DNA from: Antechinus flavipes
Taxonomy: Eukaryota
Assembly: GCF_016432865.1 (NCBI RefSeq)
Contig: NC_067398.1
Coordinates: 244,218,001-244,282,000, forward strand
Direction: 5' to 3'
Length of the DNA: 64,000 nucleotides
This document shows, piece by piece, positions 1 through 16,800 of the stretch. The first letter of the stretch is position 1. The number at the start of each line of letters is the position of its first letter. Made by a program: the position numbers and the translations under genes. A model generated the notes under the pieces. It did no database searches. It was not told where the DNA came from and saw only the letters and a program-made list of their open reading frames with translations.

Positions 1-397
1 ACCTTCCTCTGCCAGTCTGGGTCCAGATAAGGCCAAATGGAGAAAAACAACCTTTTCCAAAGTGAGCCACTTCCTGTGACAGACCAGAGCAAAGGGTGAT
101 TTCACCAGGAGAGTTCAATCTTGGAAGTGAGTGTGAGAGTCAGGATGCCTGGGTTCTGAACCAGAAAAACCAAGGTCTGAAGGTGTTGTTGAATAAACTC
201 ACACATGCCAAAGGGATGCAGTGTTCGAGGGCTGGATGGCTAAGGTCCAAAGCAGAAAGGAAAAAAGGCTTGGAGAAATGACTCCTGAGGTCTAAGCTCA
301 GTTGACAGCACCATGGAAACCATGCAGGCCTTGGTCCTCCAACCCTGTAGCTCAACCAATAGATTGTAGAAGTGGGGGAATCTGGATGCAGGTTGTC

Positions 398-3300
398 TCA
401 GCTAATGTAGACACGGTGGAAGTCATGCGCCCCAAAAGCTGCATTACACTTGGGACATTTTCTCTGGCGGGCCTCGTAGCGGCCCCGCACGCACTCAAAG
501 CAGAAGACATGAAAGCACTTGGTGAGGACAGCATCCTTCTTCCGGGTGTTGCAGCAGGGGCAGGTCAGCCGGGCCTGGGATACAGGGCATGAAGAAGAGT
601 TAGCCTCAGTCAGTCAGTCCATCACCCTATTCTTTGTTTCCCCAGGCCCCAAACCTCTCCTCCTCTCTCCAAGTAAGAACCTCCAGGCTCTGCCCCAGCC
701 TACACCACCCTGCCTGCTCACCTTGTACTCCTTGATTTCCTCCTGCAGAATCTCATCAGCATCAGCATAGACCTCTACCTTCTTCTGCTTCTCCAATTTC
801 CGCCGAAGTCGAGAGATGTCCTCCTAGGGTAAGAGCCCCAGGGATTAGTACCTAGAAGCCCTGCTCCTGACACCGTCAATCTGAGGCCCCATGTCCTCTG
901 ACCCAAGCCTCACCTGGGCCCTCTTGAGGTTGAAGCTCTCCTTCTCTCGGGCCGCTCGGCTCTCGGCCAGGCAGGGCTGGATTTCCCTAAGCCGGCTTTG
1001 CACGTGTTCCAGTTGGACCTTGAGGTCCTCAGCCAGCTGTGCTGCTTCCACTGCCTAGAGGGCAGAGAGCAGATGGCAAATGAATTGGGAGTGGGGGAGA
1101 GGCTTGGGAGAAATTTGGACCATCGCTCACCCAGTCCATGCTCTCACCTTCCTCTTGTTAAGCTCCAGGGCCTGGCTCCGTAGGGTTAGCTCCTTCTCCA
1201 CACTCCCCAGGCTGCCCTGAAGAACTCGCTCCTTCTCTTCTAGCTTCTGTACCACCAAAAGCTGAGCATCCACCTAGGACAGGAGAAGACGGCACCCGGG
1301 GCTCAGTGACTTTCTGACCTCACTTGTGGTTCCCCCTCTTTATCCCCTGCCAGTGTCTGCACCTGAGACTTGAGACCCAGGACCTGCTCCCCCAGCTCAT
1401 CCTTCTCTTCCCGGAGCAGCTTATGAATCTGGTTGGACTTGATTCTCTCAGACATTAGTTTGAAATTGGCGTCATCCTTTTCCCGCAGCTGCTGTATAAG
1501 GCGACCATTCTGTTCCTGCATATCCTCAAAAGCCTGTCCAGTCACATCCATCTCTGAGAGCAGCGCCTCCTCCTCCTGAGGGGATATATCCAGGGTTGGT
1601 GGGAATAAAGGAGAGGTGTGGGAAGGAGAGGAACAAATGGACAACTTGACCTCCACACCTGCTTGGTGGCCCCGAGTTTGCGCTGCAGGTGCTCAATCTG
1701 TTCCTCTGCCAACCGGATCCTTCGCAGAGCATCCTCATCTGCCAATTTCTTACTCTCTTTCCTTTCCTTCTCTTCCAAGTCCCGGATCCGGCCCCGAAGC
1801 TCATCTACCTGTGGCAGGTACAGGGACTAAGTCTGGGGGGGAAGATCATTGCTGGCCTGTCTCTCTCACTAGCACCTCTGGCTTTTTCCTTTTGTAGACA
1901 TGTAACCCAGAAACACAGAAAAGTCTCAGAAATGACTGTTACTCTTTACCTGCCAGAGGTATACCTACTGTTTCTCAGACATAATTCAGAACCCAAGTGA
2001 GACCATTCGCTCTCAGGACAGTGACTTACCTTAACTGTCCTTATCTAGCTTGTCGAGACTAACCTTGGCTTCTCTTTCCTACCTAAAATTTGGAATCTAG
2101 TCAAAGTAGTTGCTCCCACTCCATCAACAAGTCTGTCTTTCTGTGATTACTAGTCATCACCTTTATACTTTATCTCCTGCTGCTGCTACTAAACCTCCTT
2201 AGAATCATTAGTAAATCTCAGGGCTGGAATAGATCTCAGAGGATACCTAGTGTAGCACTTGCCTGAAATAAAAAACCTCTCTGTAATATACCTAACAAGT
2301 GATTTAGCTGGCCACTAAGGAAAGATCTCAAGTGATGGAAAATTCACTAGTTACTGTCCACTCCAATAATGGACTGCTCAAATTTTAACAAGTTTGCTAA
2401 AACATGGAAATGTAATCTAATGAGTGTCCCATGAGGTCAAACAGACCAAGTATTCTCATTTTTCTATACAACAGCCTCTTGAAGATGTGAAACCTGTTAT
2501 CTGTCCTCACTAAGTATTCTATCCTCCAGGTTAAACTTCCCTAATTCCTCCAATGCTTATGGTCCTCACATGCTACAATTTTCAGCTTTATCACCATTCT
2601 GGGTCCTTCCCATGAACACAACTTAGCTTGGAGCCCACAAATGAACTCTGAAACTATGAAAGCTCCAGTTCTCTATCCTGTGTTGCTGCTCTTGCAGCCT
2701 AAGATCCCAACGAGCCTTTTTGGTCATCAAATCAAAGTGCTTCAAAGAATAGGGATTCACCGAATGATGCCCACTCTGGCTGATGCTGAAATGCCCTCTT
2801 CTCCTTCCCCAAAGGATAAAATGGCTTTGATCCCCCTCACTTCAGTCCGCAGCCATCCCTCTCATCTTTCTCCCTTCTTGACAGGAGCTCTCCAACCCCA
2901 CTTGTTCCCCCCAGTCTCTTATCACCTCAGCTTTGGCCTTGCGCTCTGCAGCCATGAGCTGCACCTTGTCCCTCTGCTCCTTGGGGGCGGACTTGTACAT
3001 GTCCAGCAACAGCTTCATCTCCTTCTGACTTTCTTGGGCCTTCCTGGGCAGGAAAGAAGCCAAGTTGGAGGGGAAAGCAGATTTTGTGAGAAGGAGAGTA
3101 GGGGGAAGAAGTACAGGGAAGAGGAAGAGACCAGAGTATGATGGAGATTAGCAGAAAGGGCAAAAGGAAGGGGGAAGTCCTAAGGAAGGAGCAATCAAGG
3201 TATTAATACCTGTCAAGCAGGGACCGAAGCAGAATGGAATATCTATGACCTTGAGAGCCAGAAAATCTGACCATCTACTCCAACTGAAAATGTGGCCTAG

Positions 3301-6300
3301 AATGGACAGGTGACTTAATCAAAGTTATTCAATGAGTGATGAAATCAGAACAAGGCAGGGCTGACTCTGAGTACTACAATTCTCCAATTATTTCACATTT
3401 ATTTGCCTTATAGCTGATAAGGATGACAGAACAAATGCAGAAAGAAGTGGTAGGGAAGAGAAGACTTGGGAGAAGAGGGTGAGGAGTAGAGGTGATTCTC
3501 ACTTGAGCTCCCCTCGAAGTCCCTTGAGTAATTCAGATTCCTTCCTCTTACTCTCCTCAGCCTTGGCCTTGTCTCGATCTCCCCTTGAGGAAGAGGAGGA
3601 GGAAGAGGATGTTGGGGTCCCAGACGCTGGCCCTTCCCGGTCCCGGGGCTCTCGTTTTCCTCGAGGCTCGGTCTCCCGGCTCCTGGAAGCAGGGGTTTGG
3701 GGTGCGGGGTGTGGAGTTTGGGCCTGGGTAAGAGGTACCTCCTCTTCAAAAGAGGGCTCTTCTTTTTTCACCACACTAGCTGTAGAAGCTGTGGGAGTCA
3801 CTGGGGCAGACAATGACTCTTTTTTGGTCTCCTGGAGAACAGCTGGCCCTGACCCAGAACTCTCCTCTTCTTTCACCGGGGCCAGTGTTCCCCCTACTCC
3901 TGATCCCTGATCCTCAGAGGCAGTTTGGGATGGGGCTGAAGGGCCTGAGCCGATAGTTTGTGCCCGGAGCTATGAGAACCCAGAAAGGAGAGAGGTGTCA
4001 GGGCTATGGTATCTTCAGAGTGCTGAGCTCTCATTAAAGGCTGGTTCATCTAAGACCTGCCAGCCCCCTCTTTCCTCCCCACCCATCACATATTCCAGTC
4101 CACATACTTCTAATCTAATACTTTGTTGGCCCCATCAAATACGATAAATAAATATTCCGTGCCTCTGAAGTGCCATTATGCAGTCCACACCTCCATAACA
4201 AATCACTTTCCTACAACAGTTTTATAATTACAAAGCACTTTCCTCACATCCACTCTGTGAGTAGTAAAAATATTATCTCAATTTTAAGGTATGAAAAAAT
4301 AAGAAAGGTAAATCAGTGACTTGTCTGGGGGAAACAAAATTAGTTTAGTGGCAGTTCTCTCTACTGATAAAACCCCATCCACGCCCCTGACCTTGCCAAT
4401 CTCCGCCTGCACCTCTCTCAGCTTCCTTTTATACCGCTGTGCATCACCCTTCAGCTGATGGTTGTGGTTTTGCAGGCTGCTGATGAGGTGACGCATCTCC
4501 CGGTTAATGGGCCCTATGAACAAAAGTTCAAGGGAGGGAACTTAAAGGTGATAGCAGAAGCTCATTTGGGTTGCATATTCAAACTTTCATTCCCCTCAAA
4601 ATGGCAAATAGAAAGAAGTCACATAAGTACAGAAAGCTCAGAAATTACTACCAGACATATGGATATACCCTGATAGATCTTAAACTACTTTTGTACAGAT
4701 CTCTATTAGCTGATTCTCAAAAACCTCTGAAGGGAAGTGAAAGCCCTACCTTGCCACCTTTTCAGCTAGTGAAATGATTCACAGGATGTCACAGAGAGCC
4801 AAAAAGCTGGAGCTAGAAAAAGCAGACTTCTTGACTTCGAGTCTACTTGTCTTTACAATATAAATACTGTCTCAAGACTTAGGTGAGCCCCTGCTGACAC
4901 CATGGACCCTCTAAATCTCCAGCATTCCTTACCTGCCTGCTCGTTGGCTGCTAGATTCTGCTCAAATTCGATCCGAAGCATCTCATATTCTTTTCGCACC
5001 TGGGCTAATGTGTCTTCTAGTTGAATCACTTCAGTTCGAAGCTTCTTTTGCAGACTCAGTTCATCACTCTGCCCATGATCAAAAACACAGAAATTAGGAG
5101 GTAGAGGTCAAAAAAAGGACATTTCTCTTATTGAATTTCCCAACCCACCGCTGGGAAACCAGGTTTCCTAACTGTGAATTCATTGCTCTTTACAATATAT
5201 GCTGTCCTATCTTTAGATTAAGCTGTAAAGATACCATGCATGACCCTATTCCCTCTCTTTCCTTCAAAAGGAAGTTCAACTGGGGCTGCTAGATGGTAAA
5301 ATAGATAAAAGTCAGGAAGACCAGAGTTCAAGTCCAGCTTCAGACATTTAATACTTCCTAGTTATGTGAGTCTAGACAAGTAAGTCACTTTACCCCAACT
5401 GCCTCAATCAAAAAAAACCCCCAAAACCACAAAACCAAATTCTCTGCTCTGCTATAAAGTTTAGGCAGAGTGCAGTTTAATTTGTTTCTAGACAGGAAAG
5501 GAGAATTTTTGGTTAAACATCTGTACCATTCTACCAGTAAATGATAAATCAAATAAAAATAAACCACAACCCTGTCATCTTCCCCTTTCCACCTATCCAC
5601 CTTTCTGAGGAAAGAGTTAAATCTCTACATTTAAGAAAAACACACTGAATTCAAGCAGCCTCTCAGAGAAAACCACTGATGTCTAATTACAAATATTTAA
5701 CAACTATACAAACTCTTTTTCACAGCTAGTCTTTATTCCCTTCACTTAGAGTGGAACTGGGTGATTGCATTAGAATACTGACTCTGCTTTTTTCCTTTCC
5801 TCATCCTACTCCCCCAGATGCTATGGTACAGCAAAGGCCTAGAGTCCTCATCTCCACTGTAAATGGTGCTCTGGGGCTTTCCTGGGGGATAGAAGGAAAT
5901 AAGATGATTTAGGCTTGGGAACAGAGGAGGAGCCTGTCATAGCATTCTGCCTTACCTCCATGTGCTCAATGTGCCTCAGATGGGAGTTCTTGGTAGCAAG
6001 GAGGAGCCCCCGGGCCTCATCCAGCTGGGTCTTCACTTGCAAGGATTCGTTGTAGAGCAGAGAGAACTGGGCCTGGAGCAGTCGGTACTCTCCAGTCTCT
6101 CTGACCACCTCTTCAGGCAGGCTCCGAAGGGCTACCTGGGGAGTGGAAAAGGGGAACAGAATAATAAAATCCTGCAATAGTTAGTCCAAATCCTTTCCCA
6201 CTTTAAGAAACTGCTCTCTGAAGTGACCTCTTCTTTTTATCTCTTCTCTCCTTCCTGGCCTGCTCCTTACCTTGAGCCGTTCATTGCTGCGTACAGCACC

Positions 6301-9233
6301 CTGCAGCTCTGCTTGAAGCTTTTCTAACTCGGCCATGCGGCTATTGGCCAACTCTTGGTTCTCTTCCAGCTCAGCATTCAGCATCTCAAACTGGGCCAGG
6401 GTGGCAAGAAAAAGGAAGAGAGAGAGAGATAGATGAGCAAAGGCACAATCAAAACGGGGCCTTGAAGAGAAGAGGAATGTCCAGGGCCAGGAAGTGTGCC
6501 CTTAAGGGAGTCATGGGGAGCAGTAGACTAGTAGCTCACCTTCTGCATACTGAGCGTGATTTGGCCTCCCTGGAAACTCCCCGAGCTCCCTGACACATAG
6601 TAGCCAGAATTGAGCTAGAATAGAATAAAAAGAACCAGAATCTCAAGAATCTAGAAACCAACCCACTGATCACCCCTTTATCCTTTCCCAGTCCCTACCT
6701 GCTCCAGAGCCTCAGCTAGGTGCTTGTTGAGTTTTTGCTCCCGTTTGCGCAATTTCTCAATGTCCCACTGCAGATCCTCTACTGAAGTCTCCATCTCTAA
6801 CACCTTGGTCTCTGCTGATGTCACCTTATCTTGGAGTTCTGAATACTATGGAAGTGAAGGAGCAAGGGGTGGGGGGGGTGTCCTCTTAGCTCCTCCCCAT
6901 GATTCATCAATGTGTCCCCAGTCAGCAGTCTTACTTCCAGAGAGATTCGGTGGTGCTTCTCCTGCAGCTGTGTAGTCAAGTCCTGTAGATGCCTATTGTC
7001 CTGGCCGAGCTCCCTGGTTAAAGTCCTAAGTCCTTCCCCGAGGGACTCACATTCTCCTGAAAAGTTAGGGATTGATGAGAGGGCAGTGACAACCAGAAGA
7101 AAAAGCTAGGAGCAGGAAACTGATATTGTATGACAAAAAGTTCCTAAAAGGAACTGGTAAATATCTGCAATAGGTGTGATATAAGAAGATATACACATAC
7201 ACCTGCTGTCAAATAAAAACTGATATGTCTCAGTTCTGAATAGAGAAAGAGGGCTGAGTGCTCCTGAGATCACCTCTGCTTTGAACTCGATGACACAGTT
7301 CTTCTACTCGCCGATGCAGGCGATCTGAGGCCTCTACCACTCTGGACACTGCAGCCTTGGAGAACTCCATGCGACCCTGGAGCTGAAGTTCTACTTCTTC
7401 ACTACTGCTGGCTCCCAGGGCTGCCACAAAAGCCAAAGCTGGCTCGCTCAGAGAAGGCCGAAGCTGCAGGGTGGGCAGATCTGTAACAAAGATCCAAACA
7501 TGACTGTCGCATTTGACATGGACATGCAAAAAGGTGTCAAAAGCAATACTGATGAAGCAGGGTCCTGCAGAAAGTGTGGTGCATCAAACTCTATTAGAAC
7601 TCCTATCAAGTGGGCCCTTTATTAATAACATTTATGTGTTATTTTAAAATTTGTACAGTCTCCTCCCTTGATCATGGTCACTCTGCTCGTCACTTTCCTC
7701 ATGATTTTTTGAGCTCTCCACTACTAGTCTCACCTCTTCTCTCTGTGGTTCCTGGTTCAGGCAGAGGGACCCCATCAAGTTCAGTGCCATCTTGGGTTCC
7801 CGGTTCCTCTGTCCTAGAGAGCAATTCTCCTCGTCCTTCATGTCGTCGGAGGAGGACTTCTACGGTTTCATCCAGCTGTGAGGGAACAACTGGAGAACGT
7901 GAATTTTCTCGAGGCTTCAATGGCAAAATTCTCTCTCCCCAAAAGGGGATTATGAAAACTCAGAAGGAGAAGATGAAAAAAGATCTCAAGGAAGAGAAAA
8001 CTGATACAGTGTCTGAGGTAGCAGGAACAAGCTGTGTGGCTTAAAAGAGGCAAGAAGATTCTAGACAACTGAAACATACCTGGGCCCAATAGCGATTGAC
8101 AATCAACAATGTGGCATCATCAGTGGCCTGCCGCTTTTCTAGCTTTTCAATGCGCTCTCTTAATTCATCTTCACAAGCCTGTCGTTGTTCCAGACGCTCT
8201 GCCAACTTTTTGTTCTTAAATTGCAAAACCTTCAAGTCCATCTCCTCCTGTAGAAAACAAAATGAGGAAAGGAACGTATGGGTCAGAAGGAAAAGCTGCA
8301 ATAAAATGTCAAGAAAAAGAGAAATGGAAAGCAGGGTCCTGCAGAAGATCCCATAAGTTGAAAATCTCATTGCAACTTCTAACAACAGGGCCCCTTAATC
8401 ACGACAATTGAATTTAAACAGCTACATATGATTTCCTTTAAGCTCCTTAACTATCCCATAAAATGGGCATCACAAATTTCCCTACAAGGAAAAAGTGAGA
8501 CTAGAGAAGTTGTGACTTGTATCAGAGGTGGGATTCTGAACCAAGTTTTCCTGATTCCATCACATCACAAAGCATTAAAAATATTAATGAAACACATCTA
8601 GCCATAAAAATCACTTAATCTCTACTGAGTTGGAAGGGTAACAGAAGGACAGTATGAATGCCACAATGCTTCTCTGCAAAGACTGTCAGTGTTTGGGATG
8701 GGTTTTTTGCAATATATATTTAGATAAAAGCAAAGACAAGAATTAGAATAAGAGGGAGACAAACTGAAGTCTTCTCAGGAGCATGAGAGCAGATTTGGAT
8801 AGATCCAATCACATAAGTAAGGACTTTAAAGTTTACATAGTTCCATTCTTGGCAGTTAACCTCTTGCAGATCAGAAACCTGAAGCTCCTAGGGAACATAA
8901 TTGACTTGGCCACGGCCAGGGATCGAGATCCAAGTTTCTGGTTTTGGGGTTCCAATTTCGGGTTCTTCCCAATGCATTGGTCAGGGTGTTGCTGTGGGCA
9001 TGGGCAATAAAGGATGGGGGGTGAGGTGTGTGTGTGGAGGGGGTTGGACGGGGAATAGGTGGAGAAAGGTAAGGTAGGTAAAGAGGAGGGGCTGCACTGA
9101 CCGTGGAGGAGATGCCTCCCAGGCGGATGGGCTCAATAAGGGTGGTCGTGGTCTTCTCCTCTCGATTCTGCTTCTTCTCCGAGGGGCCCGAGCCCCCATC
9201 CCCGGCTGCGCGCTTGTTGCCGGCCCCCGACAT
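398..9233 (-). CDS. RNF40: RNF40 (BRE1B) E3 ubiquitin ligase for H2B monoubiquitination; complete spliced CDS, 1014 aa
   Basis: Coding exons on the minus strand, all GT-AG and in frame: 9233-9102, 8247-8080, 7875-7734, 7480-7274, 7056-6935, 6845-6699, 6614-6540, 6390-6271, 6135-5956, 5068-4933, 4513-4392, 3969-3503, 3043-2926, 1808-1659, 1575-1363, 1273-1148, 1054-914, 823-722, 574-398 (3045 nt). Starts [17 protein letters not shown]; long coiled coils; ends in the RING domain [58 protein letters not shown]. Confidence 0.98.
5281..5417 (+). mobile_element. tRNA-derived marsupial SINE (WSINE1/Mar-type) in an RNF40 intron
   Basis: Head GGGGCTGCTAGATGG, B-box GAGTTCAAGT, CORE-like GTCACTTTACCCCAACTGCCTC, A-tail. 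Confidence 0.7.
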
Positions 9234-9447
9234 GGCAGCAAAGAAAGTGGGCGACCCGAGGCGGTTCCTCCTTCACCTGGGGGAGAGGCGGGGCCCGGGG
9301 AGACTCAGGATTCCAGAGGGGACGATGGGGCCTTACTCCTCCCCCCCCCCCTTCCTTCTTATCTTTTCCCAGAAAGACAGTTCCCCACGTGACCAGAGGC
9401 CTCCTTCCCCGGGTCCGGGCCATCAACAGTCCCAAGAGATCGCTCAC

Positions 9448-9520
9448 CTGTTCCAGCCGCCACCAAACGCCGCCATGGTGCACGTCACCGGATGTCGCGT
9501 CGAATTCCTCCAAAGTGCGC
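9448..9520 (-). other. RNF40: RNF40 non-coding first exon (5' end approximate)
   Basis: Donor GAACAG|GTGAGC with the exon ending at 9448; acceptor CCCCAG|GTGAAG opens exon 2 at 9276. Lies in a CpG island with ETS (ACATCCGG) and CRE-like (TGACGTG) motifs. Confidence 0.65.
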
Positions 9521-10039
9521 AGGCGCCGAGGAGTGGGCGGGTACACGGAAAAACTTGTGTGTTTTCTTTTCCTATTGGTTAGAACCTCGAGTTTAGAACT
9601 GCCTCCTGCCTCCTGCCTTCTTACCCAGCAGCCCATCCTCTTCCCCTTGATTGGTGAAATGACAAAGTACCATAGCAACCGCCTCCATACTACATTTTCT
9701 CTATCTGAATAACCCCACCCTTTTCTTTATTGGTAATTGAGAGAACTGAACATCTATACGCGGCAGAAAATATTGCGTTTGCGCAGTATTTTTCCATTTA
9801 TTGGTCCGTTCTTAACCCCTGTCACGCCTTTACCCCGCCCTCAAAGCAACCTTAGCAACCGCTAACCCAGCAACGACGCTTCTCACGGATTGGCAGAACC
9901 AGACTATTTCTTGGTCCTGATTGGCTAACGTGTACCACAGGGGGCAGGTCCTCGATGCTCTGAGCCATAGCCTAGGCCTGAAGGCATACAAGGCGGAGGA
10001 ACAGCAGAGGCTGGGACGGCGGCAGCCGCAGGTGACACG
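9480..10039. promoter_or_regulatory. Bidirectional CpG-island promoter shared by RNF40 (-) and CFAP119 (+)
   Basis: Head-to-head genes. Six ATTGG (CCAAT) boxes between about 9574 and 9926. RFX X-box-like motifs AGTACCATAGCAAC (9666-9679) and GCAACCTTAGCAAC (9846-9859). Confidence 0.8.
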
Positions 10040-13443
<3,404 letters not shown>

Positions 13444-13544
13444 AAGCCTGGGCCAGAAGTACCCTGTCCCTTCCCCCAGGTCCCCTTCTGAGCATCTTCT
13501 CACTCCACCTTGAGAGACAGCTTGTTCCCCAGTGTGCAGGATGA

Positions 13545-13550
13545 TTTATT
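13545..13550 (-). terminator. Candidate PHKG2 polyadenylation signal
   Basis: TTTATT on + (AATAAA on -), about 300 nt downstream of the PHKG2 stop. Confidence 0.55.
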
Positions 13551-13843
13551 TCACATGAAAAATGGACAGCAACAGCAAAGATGTGAATATCATTCTCAAC
13601 TGGTCCCTTTTTCTTCTGTTCAAGTCCTGTCCTGTAGTCCTGAGCAACAGGGATGGGGGCATAGAGCTGACCCCCTTTACAGTAGCATCATCATCAGAGA
13701 GCACAAAGAGAAGGGAAGAATGCATTCGGCCAGAGTCCACGGTGACCGAGTTGACTGTAGCCCTCAGATTGGGAAACATGAACTTCCCAAAGCTCTTGGG
13801 CTAAGAAAACAGACTTCTGGGGGCCCCAGGATGGAGGTCTTAA

Positions 13844-16800
13844 CTATGCAACAATAGATTCATCATCAGTGTTGGTTGGATCTCCCTCCTCGTCTGGATT
13901 ATAGCCCAGGTATGGGCTAGGAGGCTGGTGTTGGAAGAGGGCAGCCCTATTCTGTTGCTCACCCTTCTTTACCCAGTGTCCATAGAGGCGGAAAGCACAA
14001 CTGTCAATGAGTTGCCTCACTGGTCGAAGCCCATATGGGTCTCCTAATAGAGCTCCCTTGCTCAAGGGCCTTACCCGACGAGTACTCAGGGCTACTCGAC
14101 CTGCAGCCAACACTGTCCATACTGCTACCTAAGAGGAAAAAGAAACAAGAGAAACAAGATCATGGACATACTGAATGTACACAAACAAACTAATACGTAT
14201 ATGAAGAATAGTTGGGTCCCAGGGAGACAATATCATCTCTATCACCTAGGTCTAAGGGAAAAGTTAGATGTGGTGGTAGTAGATTTTGTTTTCCTAAGAT
14301 ATTTTGTCTTGTAATATTTTCTCTTTGTTCCTTACCCTAAATCGCTGGATGGGAGAAAGGCTCCAGGCCTGGCTACCCTCACAGCGTTGGAAGAAGGGAT
14401 GCTGCAGGGCCTGCTCTGCAGTCAGTCTTTCCTCAGGATTCACCCGGAGCAGCCTTGAGATCTGAGAGAGGGCAGGGTCCATGAGAAACTTCTTCCCCTG
14501 ATTCCTGGACTATTACTGTAACTCACCCCATTTTGAGACTTTGATCTACTCACCAGATCTTTGACAGTTGCTGATCGGTCATCCCATTCTGGTGACCTGA
14601 ACTGGTAACGGCCCTCCATGATCAATCGTAGCATCAGAATCTGGCGTCTGTGCCAGAATGGGGGAGAGCCAGCCAGGAGTGTGAACAGGATCACCCCACA
14701 GGCCCAGCTGAGGAGGGAAGATCATCAGGTTTGTGATCAGGGAATGAAATGAAAGATAGATAGAACAACAAACAAGTAACTAGGGACTCACATATCAACT
14801 TCCTTGCCATAGCCAGGGTGGGTTTCATCCATAGAGCACTTCAGAATCTCTGGGGCTAAGTATCCTGGGGTCCCACACAAATCTGGACAGATAAGGAATA
14901 TATGTTATGGATACTACAAATATCCTAATGCTGGCCCCTGGAGCTTTGATTATTAAAACAACTTCTAGCTAGTTTCCCTACCTCTAGGCTGTTCCCTCTC
15001 CTCCAATTCATTATATTTATAGCTATTGGGTGGAGTGTCATATATTTTCCTTTTATCGTTCTCCTACTGAAAACACCAGCTTGATCACATATTTGATTAA
15101 ATCCACAATTTCTTTGACTTAGATAAATATCAAGGCCTTCTCTAACCTTCTTTCCTTATTCATCCAATACACCTCTACTACTTCAGTCAACCAAATCTGT
15201 TTATAATTCCACACATGATTTGCTCATTTCTAACCTTCAAAACATTTTTTCTTGGAATATTCTACTCTCTTCTCTCTGCCAAGCCATTAAATCACACCTT
15301 TTTCTAAACTTATTTCCTCTGTGAACGTTTCCCTAGTTACCAACACAATTCCAAATTCTCAGTATCTTAAGGAATCCTAGCATGTATAAATCCCTAATAT
15401 TAAAACTGGAATGTTTGGGGAATGCAGTATAATAACTCACTTTTTTAGCTTAATAAAAACTCCTTGTTTTAAATCTTGTTACTGAAAATCCTTCTAAAAC
15501 ACTAATTCAGAAGAACTAATACTCTTTTAGTAAGAGACCTAGTAGAGCCTCAGAGAAGTACTTGCTAAAAAGTCAGTATCTTTCCAATATTGTAGACAAA
15601 AGAAATTAGAATCTGTGATGGCTCCAAATCATATAATCTTTAAGACTGTGCTATGAATAAATTGTGATTAGCCTATTTATAAGTGAATTGTCTATTTTAC
15701 CCCGAAATTGACTGGCTCACAGTCTAACTGGAACTTTCTACTTATTGCTGGATTCCAGTTAACTGAGATTCCATCTTTTGTTCAGTACTTCTTTGACAAG
15801 CTGTGACTTAACTTTCTAAAGTTATCTCACAAAGATCATTTTCTCAACCTTCCTAGAATGAATTCTCTGAACACAGACTTCTACACATCCTTAATGACTT
15901 CTCCTTTTAAGTCACTACCTTTATCAGGTCTTTAGTCCCCTTCTCAACCAAGATTCAGTTGCTCAGGATGACTGATTCCTCTTACCACGAAGTTTCTCTC
16001 CAGGTTCCACATGGCAGGAAAAACCAAAATCAGAAAGTCGAATCTTCAAATTGTCATCTAGGAGAATATTCTCAGGCTTCAAGTCACGGTGCACGATGTT
16101 GTTGGCATGTAGAAAACTCACAGCCTCCAGCAGAGACCTCATGATAGCCCTAGACAAGGAAGAGCCTAATTCTCTGCAACCCCCAGAGCCAGCAACTTTC
16201 AAATCTAGCAGTTCTTTCCCTATCCCCTCCTTTTTTCCAGGCCACCCAGAAAGTCTTTCTTCTTTTAATTCCCTCATTCCCTGGATACCAAAGTCATTGC
16301 CCTTTTCTTCCCTTTGGTTTTCATCCCCTGGGTCTCCTTTTTTACCTGGCCTCCTTCTCTGTGAGAGCAACCTTTTCTGTGAGGTAGTCAAATAACTCTC
16401 CTTTCCGCATCCTAAAAGATGAAAGGTCAATGATATGATACATCTCGATGGAGAAGCTAAGGGGAATCCAACCATTGTCTTCTTTAAATTTAGTTCAATT
16501 AAACAATACTTATTAAATTTCCACTGATGTGCAAGGTCATCACCATACTAGTATACAAAAACAAAAAAGAAATAGCCCCTTACAGTCTCTTCTCCTGGAA
16601 GAAGCTAAAAGGCCTACAATTCATTCTAAGACTGACAAATCTAAGTTTAAAAAACTGAGGCAATCACTCAGGTTGGTCAAACAGGGTCTCCTACTTATAG
16701 ATTGTCAAAACCCTAGAGGAATGGATGTCCATCACTTAAGCAGTCACACAGGATACCATTGAAGTATTTAAAATATTATTCTAGGATTTATTTTAGCTCA

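Noticed and set aside
9103-9712. Overlapping 107-181 aa ORFs at the RNF40 5' end
   Set aside because: CpG-island and antisense artefacts.
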